From: Phoronis australis
Lineage: Eukaryota > Animalia > Phoronida
Reading direction: 5' to 3'
Assembly: GCA_002633005.1 (NCBI GenBank)
Contig: NMRA01000406.1
Span: 66,862-130,861 of the forward strand
DNA length: 64,000 nucleotides
Within the stretch, counting starts at the first letter, position 1, and each line of letters starts with the position of its first letter. The notes below the pieces were generated by a model. That model did no database searches. It saw nothing but the letters and a program-made list of their open reading frames with translations, and was not told the origin of the DNA. Of this stretch, positions 39,101 to 51,100 are shown one piece after another. The position numbers were made by a program, and so were the translations under genes.

Positions 39101-42100
39101 GACAAACCACCATTTTCATGGGTATTTACAGCCACATTTATTATTTTTTAATTCTAGGTGGTTTATTTTGCCAAAAAACATTTTTTACCATTATCTTAGC
39201 TCTACGTTTGCTGTCAATTCCTAAATTGCTCATCACATAAATTATTTTAGACAGCGCAAATATTTTAATTACATTGATCCTTCCTAACAATGAAATATTG
39301 CAACTTTTCCAGATGTCAAGAGACTTTTAAAGGACTTAATTTTGAGTTCAAGATTCAAAAAATCATTTTCTTTTTTGTTATGACTAAAAAATATTTCCAG
39401 ACTCTTGATTGGTTTGCCAGTCCACTTGAAGCCATAAAGTGGTTCAGAACACTCTTTTTCTCGACCTAAATATAACTCTTCACATTTCTTAATATTCAGC
39501 TGGAGACCAGAGAGTAAACCAAAATGTTCTAAAAATTTGAGACAATTCATGCCAGAATTTTTGTCCTAAAGAAATAAGGTAGTGTCATCTGCCTACTGAA
39601 GAATTTTAGCTTCAGTTTTCTCAACACTTATGCCATTAATTAAATTACACTCTCGTATATAATTGGCCACAACTTCAACAGCTAGGCAAAATAATGGACC
39701 CGACAATGAATCACCCTGTCTTACACCCCTTTCTAAACGAAAATAATCTGTTGTAAAACCATTATTGACAACACAAGCTGTTGGTTTGTTATAGATTATT
39801 TCTACCCATCGTGTAAAACACTGTCCAAAATTAAAAGCCTTCAAAGCTTGAAAAATAAAGTCCCGTTTTATTGTATCGTACGCCTTGCAAAAGTCCAAAA
39901 ATAAAATGTGTCCTTGACCATTAGTAATGTTTGTTAAAAAATTACATCCTGAATGATACGAACATTGTATCCTAACATTGCAGATTTCAGGAACATAAAT
40001 ATGCAGCTCCAGGAAATATTGGCTCACTGACGAGGGACCGCATTTCTCATGGGTTCTCTAGACAGCTTTACAAATAGGCATTGAGTTTGGTTGCGTAAAA
40101 TTACCCTCACATCGTTTGAATTCCACAGGTTGTGTTGTTGTGGCGCCTCAAATAAAGCATCAGCTTATAGTTGAAAGCAGGTATGCAAATGCTATTACTG
40201 CCAATGGAGCTCTATTTCTTTGGTTCTGCATATAAGATAATGTGAATGTTTTACATCACAATCGTGCCCCCTATAACACCTGACAAATTTTATGTTCTCA
40301 ATGAATACTAATTATGACACCAATACTCAATCAATACTGATTATGACACCAATACTCAATCAATACTGATTATGACACCAATACCTATTATTGAACAGCC
40401 TCCTACGTTATTAACAGCTTCACTATTATCCATCTGAACAATAATTTTGATCAAAATTGTCTTCTTAAGTGGCTCAAAAATCACATATCATTTATCGTTT
40501 CACAAGCGTGATTTCAGTTCACATCTAGCATGAAAATGCTTAGTAGTAGTTAACCCCTTAGAATATTGTTTAATCACTTGTTTTAAAAGACACACATTGG
40601 TGAGTCTGATAGTCAAATAAAGTAATATGTAAAGGTGACCTAGATGTGACATCTGGAACAAAAATATTAATTAAAAGCGATTGTAAATGTGTTTAGATTG
40701 GAAATAATTCATTTAATTTTGTTTTTTAAAATGTTTTTATAAAATTATCCATTACAGTAACCATAGACATACATACGATTGTTTGTATGTATCCATGAAG
40801 ATGACACTAAGGTGACCTTAAGATGCTTCAAGTTACGTAGTCCTTTGTGTCTGACAATAAGGTAATTCTAATGAAGAATATTATACAGTAACGTTTAGTT
40901 ACAGCTTGCCACAATCTAAGGTAGCTTCAGGTAAATCTCCCCAGGGCCCGAAATCAAATCTCTGTACATGAAATTGAGCAATGGCATAGCATGCTCAAAT
41001 ATTTGAATTCAAGTAAGGCAACATGATTGATCAAGTTGCCCTGGTTATGTGGTCTCAGATATGTCTCATGCAGCAGGCTTACTGGTCATCTCGATGTCCC
41101 TAAAGCCAGGAGTGCATTGGCCCTACAAAATTCAGGTGCTAAGTGACAAAAAGCCCAATGGGCAACTCAAAATTCACTAGTTGGCATAGGAATAACCTGT
41201 AGAGATGTCAAAGAGTGAGATTTATTCATTAGCACAACCAATGAATATCGAGTGGCCAATTGTTGCGTGTGTGAAGCAAAGCCTAACACAAAACATTTAA
41301 TCCAAAATGACGCGTGCCTGTAGCAGACATGTAATGCACTTACAAAGACATTGCATGCTTGACAGTCAAAGAAGACTGACTCCAGATGTTCAAGTATAAA
41401 GAAATATAGTTCAGAAAATGGTCAAGTTTAAAAACATCGACCTCCCATTAAGGTTATGTAATGCCCTAAAAAAATTTGGCTTGCTTTGAAATATCTCAGA
41501 AAAGGCTGATCCGATTCGTATGAAATATTCATATACTACGCTTTAAGCATTAATCTTTAAAATGCTGTTATCAATTAATGTTTTTAAAATGTTCCACTTT
41601 TGCACGAGGGGCTATCAAACTATAGGACATTAATGGTTTTTAGGAAAGAACTCAGATGTTGCAAACCACTAATTGAAATGTTTTTTAAAACCAATCTTAA
41701 ATACTTATATTAAATGAAATTTGATTGTGATATTGATATCACTGTTTTGCTGTGACTGCACATTTTATGTTTAGTACAGTACTAAAGTAATGACATGTCA
41801 GAATAAAGTTAAAATCATACTCTACAGGTTTTCTACTTTCAGAAAGTTTGTATTTACAGTTTATTTCAATCTATAGTTTCTAGACATTAGGCTAATTACA
41901 CAAACTAGTCAATAAGGCCGTACATAACCTTAATCCAGTCTGAACCACGCATGCAAATAAAACAAAACTGACATACATAGTATTACACACATGGAATGAC
42001 CAAGATAACATAAATCTAGTTTTAATACGGCCTGATGTACAGTTCAAGTTATGTCTTGACGAACTAGCTCCAAACCTGACATAACACATAACACTAACGC

Positions 42101-45100
42101 ACCAGACACAACCTTACCTCTGATCCCTTGATATTACAAGAACACCGGGCAGTGTTAAATTGTAACTTGAACAGTCAGTGTTTACAACAGTCCAAAGAGC
42201 TTATTAAGTTTATGCATTGTAAAACAGAGAAATTATGATCCATATTTTAGAGCATGCAATTATGATCTTTTAATGGAAGCCAATAGTATTAGTATTAGTA
42301 TTCAGAGTGCATGAAGACTATCGAGTAAGTTAGTATTAGCAGTCACAGTGTATTGGGACTATCAAGTATATTAATATTAGCAGTCAGTGTATGAAGACTA
42401 TCGTAAAGGAAGTTGGAATTTAGTAGTCAGAGTGTACAGAGACTACCAAGTAAGTAACTTAGTAACAGTAGTGTATAGAGACTGTCAAGTAAGTTAATTA
42501 GTATTAGTAGTTGCAGTGTATGGAGTCTACAAAGTTACTTAGTACTAATAACCAGTGCATGAAGACTAGCAAGTAAGTTAGTATCTGCAGTCAGAGTGCA
42601 TAGAAACTGTCAAGTAAGTTTACTTATTATTAGTAGTCAGTGCACAGAGACTGTCAAGTCACTTAGTACCAGCAGTCATAGTGTATGGAGACTATCAAGT
42701 CACTTAGTTACTACTAGGAGCCACAGAGTATGGAGACAATCAAGTAAGTCAGTCCTAGTAGTCATAGTGTATAGACTATCAAGCAAGTCAGTAAAAGTAG
42801 TCACAGAGTATGGAGACTATCAAGTAGACAGTACTAGTGGTCACAGAGTATGAAGACTATCAAGTAAGACAGTACTAGTGGTCACAGAGTATAAAGACTA
42901 TCAAGTAAGACAGTACTAGTAGTCACAGAGTATGAAGACTATCAAGTAAAACAGTACTAGTGGTCACAGAGTATGAAGACTATCAAGTAAAACAGTACTA
43001 GTGGTCACAGAGTATGAAGACTATCAAGTAAGACAGTACTAGTAGTCACAGAGTATGGAGACTATCAAGTCAGTCAGTACAAATAGTCACAGAGTATGGA
43101 GACTATCAAGTAAGTCGATTCTAGTAGTCACAGAGTATGGAAACTATCATATAAGCCGGGCATGGCAGATTGAAGTAATTAAAAGCTACTATCTTGTGCA
43201 ATTCAATTTATCTGGTCACTGCTTTTGACGCCATTTACAAACTTCACATGGAATTNNNNNNNNNNNNNNNNNNNNNNNNNNNNNNNNNNNNNNNNNNNNN
43301 NNNNNNNNNNNNNNNNNNNNNNNNNNNNNNNNNNNNNNNNNNNNNNNNNNNNNNNNNNNNNNNNNNNNNNNNNNNNNNNNNNNNNNNNNNNNNNNNNNNN
43401 NNNNNNNNNNNNNNNNNNNNNNNNNNNNNNNNNNNNNNNNNNNNNNNNNNNNNNNNNNNNNNNNNNNNNNNNNNNNNNNNNNNNNNNNNNNNNNNNNNNN
43501 NNNNNNNNNNNNNNNNNNNNNNNNNNNNNNNNNNNNNNNNNNNAGTATGAAGACTATCAAGTAAGACAGTACTAGTAGTCACAGAGTATGGAGACTATCA
43601 AGTCAGTCAGTACAAATAGTCACAGAGTATGGAGACTATCAAGTAAGTCGATTCTAGTAGTCACAGAGTATGGAAACTATCATATAAGCCAGGCATGGCA
43701 GATTGAAGTAATTAAAAGCTACTATCTTGTGCAATTCAATTTATCTGGTCACTGCTTTTGACGCCATTTACAAACTTCACATGGAATTCTCTATCCTCTT
43801 TCGTTTGTTTACTAATTTACAAATAAATACAATAACATTAACTGCTTCAATTTTGTAATTGTGTGCCTGCTACTAAAACGTCAGCACAAACTGACTTCTG
43901 TCCTGCTCCACTTTCTTGACCCAACTTGTGGGACTGTCGTACTCTGGATATTCTGCTACTCCGGCACATGTTGCTACAGTTGTAACTTGTGATAGTTCAA
44001 ATGCCCGTCTGAGCAGAACTTAAGAAAAAACAAATTAAAAAATTGCTTAATAATCAGTGAATAAAATCAGGGATTGTTTAATCAGTAAAGTTAGAAAACA
44101 GCAAAAGTAACCATAGCAACTCACTTTATATGTTGCATCAGAGAGTTTGAGGGGTGCTTTATTGTTCCTGCGTCCTCGCCCTCTTCTGCTTGACCTATGA
44201 AAACAAATCAAACATAAATATTAATTTGTTTCAAGTCCAACACCTTTCAAACCTGTAGAGTTCATCCAGCTGCACCATAATTGTTGAATTGATGAAATCC
44301 TATAATGTTGAAAAACTGTCAAGTACGAGAACACAATAAATTTTTTAACCAGGTAAGATGTTCATGGGCAAGACCAAGGTAACTTAAATTTGACCGACAA
44401 AAATACATCAGTTAAGACTATGCATAGTTCCTCTAGACACAATTACGACACGCCTACATTACTTAGTTACGGTTGCCAAGTCCATAAGCGCGAAACACAT
44501 TTGACGGAAGTCCTTTGCAAGTATACTACAGCAACAGCAAATGTTTTGTCTACATTTTACTGACAATGTCTAATTGGGTCCTGAAGAAGCAGCAGTGTAT
44601 CCAGGATACCAATTAAATCTTTTCAGCAAATTCACACATGATGACAGCCCAATGAAACACTATCGTTGTATTTGTTGACTGGAATTATTACGTAGCTTGA
44701 TTGCTGTCAGAACAATCCATAACATATAAAATGTTCAGCTATTGATATGTGTATGGTGTGAAAGTACTTAAGAGATTGTTTTGTGATGACGGTAAAAGGG
44801 AAAGCAACCATTTTCAACATTACCCTTACTAAATAATAAAAATTCCTGTCTTAAGTGAAAAATATTTTTTTTCATTGTTAAGTATTGTTTCCCTGGTGAC
44901 GTAAACAGCCCAGAAAAGGGTCCACATCTTGTTGTATGCATTCAATTCCAGTAAACACCATCCGTGTAGGGCATTGGTTTAGCTCAAAGGTAAGACACAC
45001 AAAATGTAGTTTGGTTCGGGTGTCTGTTTTTTCTTGAAAATTGAGTCAGCAGTGTCGTATTTTTTTAGTTGCTCACTTTTTCTAAAATGGAAATCTATCC

Positions 45101-48100
45101 AAGATTAGCAACAAATATGCAGGATTTGTTTTTTACTCATTGTGTAACAAAATCTTCCTTACACTTGCTTACATACCTTTGTTCAGCTTTTCAAACTTGG
45201 CTGAAACTGAGGTGGGTGGGCGTTTTTTTTTTTTTTTGTTGATGAACACAAGTCTGAAAATGAGTCAAGGTAGGAACCAGGACCAACAATACTTTTATTG
45301 GCCCAGTTTTGTAATTATAGTAAGGATTAACAAAAGCATAAGGTTGTCACGTGCTTGTAGTTAACGAGCCAGTAAAGAATACATGAACGTGCTACCTCAC
45401 AAACATCTACACCATCCACTATTGATAGTTTCGTCAGAATATGCATAACGTGACATTAGATATCCATGACATTTTAAGCTTTGAAATGGCACAATCAGAA
45501 AAATTGAGTCAAATAATGGAAATTCCTTTAGTTACTTGAGTTAGTGACATTGCGTCTGTCTCTCACGGACTTCAGCTTGACTAGTGGTGTTGTTATTGTT
45601 CTAGCCAATAGATGGCGTTTTAACCACCCAATGCGGCATCGAGGTCAGGACACTTTCCCATACATGTAAGTGTGACAGATGGAACTTAAATCCACCTTGT
45701 TCATTCAGAGAGCGGCCCTCAATGCCTTTGAGAAGTTTTTTTTTGAATAAAGAACGTGGATTAAGGATCCATTCATCACACTTATGGGATAGTGTTCCGA
45801 CCTCAATGCCGTGTCTTCTGGTTAAAACGCCACCTGTTGGCCAGAATGGTAATAACACCACTAGCCAAGCTGAAGTCCGTGAGAGACGGATGCAACGTCG
45901 CTAACTCAAGTAATTTTTAGTATTTGACTCAATTTTTCTGTATTTTGTTACCTAATCTGGATGTTTCAAAACTTTCATGCATTTCCACAATGACTTACCG
46001 CTATGAAACTGGTAACACATATCTTGAAGAAACTTGATTACAAAACACACAAAGACAGGTTTAACAAATACATTGGAAATGTTGCCACTATTATCAGTAG
46101 ATGCAAATTTTATTACCATAGTTCAGCACGTATGTACTCCCTCCAAAACGTTCCACTTGGTTGGAGACACTGAAAACACAATGCATATTATTAATGACAT
46201 CCAAGTGTAAGCATTGTGAGTAGTTATATCAATGAGACATTGAAGATACACTGAGTGTAGCTGTATGACTCTGCAACTGTTTTTCTTTGAATGATAAAAA
46301 CAACATGTTGAGGATGTAATTTAGAGGGAAGCAGCATAAATAGGCAACTTAAGAGTTAGTGGGACTCAGTTGAAGGAGTGTTTGTACAGCCACTGAATAA
46401 CTAGGGGAAAATGGGAGGATTTGTGCTCACATCACCCCCCCCCCCATTATATGAAAACACCAGTTGCACTCACTGACTCAGCCACAACTGGGGGAAGGAC
46501 ATTTTCCAATGAAAAGTAACTACACCAGTACCGCGACCCAAACACTATGAAGTGGTTTCCCTAGACACCAATAGCACTGGGGCACCATAAATGCAACACC
46601 TAAAAGTTAAAATTGGTTGTGGTTATAGTATCTTTTACTGCTGTGTCCAAAGTCTTCATGGTGAAAAGTCAAGTTCCGAACATTTCGGTTACAATCTACA
46701 TCTGCACGTGGAATTTGATCTTAAAGATGGTTGTAGCTCGTAACCAAATTGAATTTCACCATCAGTATTTATGCACTGACCTATTCACAATGCACCAGCA
46801 ATACAGCAGTTTACCTGAGCAGGGACATGTCATCCCGTACACTACCCCTGTCAATGGACTGCTCCATGTTATCCAGTGCTTCCAGCATGTTGGGGTCAAA
46901 GAGTGGGAAGTCAAAGCCGAGGGCATTCCACTCCCCCACAGAGCCATCTGGTGAGTGGTACGTGATCTCAAACTCTACACATGTCTGCAAGTGCAAAAAT
47001 ATTGTGTAGTAGATTGCAGTGCCTTATGAAAGCTCGACAGTGGAAGCAGTCATAGTGAAACAAAAATCACATCAGATTAAATAAAAAAATTGTCTGTGAT
47101 GGTAGGAAAAATAATAGTTAGATTTATTTATTCATTTTTACAACAATCATTTAAATTAAAATGATGTACACTTCAGAGAAACCGCAAAATGCTAAGTCAT
47201 GAAAATAATCCTACATTGACATCCTCACCGATCAAGATTGGGCAATTCAACCGGTTTGCATACCTCGAAATTTGCAGGCATTGATCATCAAAGGCACCAC
47301 ACTGTTATAGTAATTACATCACCTCAGGCTGCTGATGCTATTGTTCTCTAGATAATCAGACCCATCATGAACACATTGGGGGCAACAATAGTATTTTCAA
47401 ATTTTTGTTTTGAAAGTTTTTAAATTGCAAATTTGAATAGTTGGTGAAAAGTACACGCAATTACATTTTAGAATTTGAAACTCGAATAAGAAATTGTAAC
47501 TTTTACAAACTAAAATTTTTCTCTAATCTTGCCATATTATGCACCTCATTAATTCTGCAGGGTGTACATCATAATTGGGCCACCAGGCACCAGTTGGATT
47601 TTGAGGTAAGCCAAGTGTCATCAAACAATTCTTGGCATGAGGACCCTCATGTATACAAAAGAAAATACAATAATACAATACTTGCAGAAAGACACAATAA
47701 AAGTACAAAAACAAAAATAAGGGTTGATATCAAAAGATAATGAGCCCCCTTCTGAATTTAGAGACCACCATGAAACCCACAATGCAACACAGGGATTGTT
47801 TTAGCCAGGTCACAGTTAGTAGCTATCTGGTGCTAAAATAATAATCATGTATTTGTACCCTCCAAACTATGTTAAAGTATAGTAGGAACTATACGACAAT
47901 GCTATTTTAACATCATCTACACTAAACAAAGTGCAGTTGTATTAATTGACAACTTGTAAATTAATGTGAAAATCAAAAATTCTGCAAATAGGTGACTTTT
48001 GCACTAACGATGTACCTTGGGGGGCTCCCATACCCCACATCATACAGTGTTATTCCCCAACACCATGTCACAACACTTACTGGACATGGTTGAGCGATTT

Positions 48101-51100
48101 ACGGCGAATCACTTTTGACACAAAACTCGTTCTTAAAAACATTTAGCAATTTTCAACCTACGTCATATTCTCATCATCGCGATATAGTGTTTCAAACTAA
48201 TTTGACCAAGTAATCACAGAGATAAGTAATTAGCGTGCAAGTTCCACTTTAAAGCAAAAATTGATTACCTTCACTAAGGTCATGTAGGACCCTAGTTCAA
48301 GACCCCTACAAAACCTTAATGTACAAAGTCTGAACATGCTCAAATTTAGTTAACTTCAGAATATCATATCTCAGAAATGACTGATCGGAGTCATGTGAAA
48401 CTTTCAAGTACTATGCTTCATGCGCTGTTCTTCAATAAGTAGTTAGGAATTGCAGGGCTTGGCATTAACGGTAGTCTGACCGTCCGGGAAAACCAGTTTG
48501 TTGGTCCGGACAAGCTCACGGCAATGCTGCTTGTCCGACGGGACAAGCTGGCAAAGTTGAGCAATTGAAAAATTAAAACAACTGTGAACAGTATTTACTG
48601 CAAAAATAGCAGCTTGATACTCACTTAGTAATGAAATTGCCAGAAATTTTAAGTTGGTGACATGTTTACAGAAAACTTTAACTAACTGACGATGCTTTTC
48701 TCAAAACGCAAACTGGTTCCCGTTTATTGTGTTTCACTCTGGAGAGTTCCTAAAACCAGTGCGGTCACAAACCCAGGCGGCATATTCAAAGACTACATTC
48801 TTAGACATTTTGCACTTGAATAAATTGATTTCCTACATTAAAATAGGATCTTTTCAATTAGTAACTTAAATTGATTTCCTTTTAAAAACAATGAAATCGG
48901 TGTTTGCTCATTTGCGTGCTTCAATGAAGTTTTGAAACACTGGATTCATTTATGACACGTGTGCAAAAACTGTCGTCTGCCCACCAGCGCTCTTTTTACG
49001 TATGGATTTAAATCTATAAAGCACATTAATGAAACTGTTGTGAATACCAAAGAACGAGAAGAAACTAAACAAGCGTAAGAATTGAAAAGAAGACGTGAAT
49101 TCCTCCACCAATAGTTGGAAGGATTCGAGTGGCTTCCTTTTGACATCGACAACAACATGTACTGCGTCCAGTGTGAGAAATATATGCCAACGCAGAAGGA
49201 AATAGTTTGTTTCACGCATCTGGCTCGGATATTTTTAGAATAGAATCCCTGAGAAGTCACCAGATCACACAGCAGCTGTATTAGCTGATAGTCTTGCTGT
49301 TGTGGGACCTATAGACCCAGCCATTACATACCTTGCAATAGACAAAAAACAGCTTGCCTATTTCAAGAGTTTACGCTCAGTTGTACAATACAACACGACA
49401 TGTCACACGTTAAGACCAAAACGTTTAAGCTCAATTTCACTGACAGTACGGGCAAGTAAGTAATATGTCAGGACAACAAAATTTTATTTTTAATTATCCA
49501 ACTAGACAAGTTAAACAAAAACTTTATTTCAAGCCCTGAATTGTTTCTAAAATACTCTCCTTTTGCATGAAGAGCTACCAAAAAATAAGTTAACCCTCTG
49601 ATGGTTTTCAAGAAAAAATAAAAAGCCGCAAAAAATGAAAACGAAATGATAACTTCAAAAAGTGTGACAGTATTTTGAGATTTCATTTTGAACACTAATA
49701 TCAAATGAAATTTGGTCAGACATTGATAGCGTTGTTTTACTATCGATGTACCTTTGTTAGTTTCTTTTTGCTAATTTTTACCAAAACTTTACCAAAAAGA
49801 CATGGTCCCGTCACCCAGCATATAACAGACTGTTAAAAAGTTAAAAAACAAATTCTACAGGTTTTCCACTTTCAGAAAATGTATACATCGCCTGAGCTAA
49901 AAACCTATAGCTTTGCTGATTTTTGGATAAAACCACACACACGTGGTCCTACAAACCTTAAAGCGGCAATAAACTTTCATCCCATCAAAGAAACTAAATT
50001 TTAATTTAGACCACTTACTGCTAAGAAATTGGTCTCAACTTGTTCCTTCTTCAGATGAGAAGTGATTCTTGGTCTTCCCAAAAACTGATAACAACTGTTA
50101 GTTATTCCTCGAGACTATACGCGATGAATAAAATGACACACCGTGACGAGTCAACTTGTCAAAACTGGTCCCTATCAAAAAGGAACTGCCAGCCAAGAAA
50201 GTGCACCTATATTGACTAAGCAACAATCTACGACCAATTTCATAACAGTTAAGGCTCTGAATAAAAAAATGGTTTTATAGAGTGACAGAAGATGTGTTTA
50301 TAGTCACTAAAACACAGCGCATTTTCTTAGTTCAAGAAACTACTGCATCAAACAGAGATAAAAAACTGAGGTGGTTTGAAAAAAACATTCAAGAGCACTG
50401 ACAGGCACAGAATATTCGTGGAAACCTGGATGGTCACTTGGAGTTTTTAAGTTGCCCAAGTCTCAAATATTGAATTATTTCATCCGAAAAATTTCAAACA
50501 AAGCAAGATCAAATATTTTAAGAGGCACATGTCCCTCAAGTGCACAAGAAGTGTACACGCATTACCACTTTAACAAACACACTTTTTTAGTAACTTCAAC
50601 TATGATTATAGAAACAGTTCATTGATTAATACCTTCAAGACCGTGTTGTTAGCGTCCGTCAGATTGTCTCTCAGAGAGATGTTTCCAATCTGCATCAGCT
50701 CTTGACAATAGATGCCATAGCGGCCCACCAACCTAGTAATCATGGAAAAACAGAGAAAACGTAGTGTGTTTACACTGGAAATACACATACTTTTTCAAAC
50801 ACATAGGCACAATACCTTACCATAAGAAAAACACAAGGCATGTCATGTTTCGCTTGCCAAGGGCTCTTGGGCCCACTTTTGTCAAGGTTACAAATTACCC
50901 ATGCGTAACTTTGCCAAATAACTTTGGCCGATGTCCTTATCTTAGTGTACTTCAAAATATCATCAGAGCAACTTTGTCAAGTATGAACAGGTCAAGAGAC
51001 ATGATTACCTGAGAGAGGAGGTATCGAGTCGGGGAAGGAAAGAGAGGAGAGGGTGACAGGGGAGGGATGGTGGGGATTTGACAAGCCTGATGTAATTTAT

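Noticed and set aside
40028-40057. 30-nt phase-2 micro-exon candidate (EPMRNAVPR)
   Set aside because: No homology, lies in repeat-derived sequence next to the LINE, and is not needed for frame.
43194-43582. ORFs spanning N runs (also 959-1244 and 63532-63810)
   Set aside because: Open only because of assembly gaps.
42290-43685. Regular 41-bp repeats as a CRISPR array
   Set aside because: Units are head-to-tail with no unique spacers, no cas genes, and the context is a eukaryotic intron; it is a minisatellite.
43010-43788. Direct duplication of ~245 bp around gap 43256-43543
   Set aside because: Near-identical contig-end overlap, so most likely an assembly artefact.
44965-45000. GGTTTAGCTCAAAGGTAAGAC resembling a tRNA A-box
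   Set aside because: No B-box or cloverleaf follows; probably part of a small repeat.
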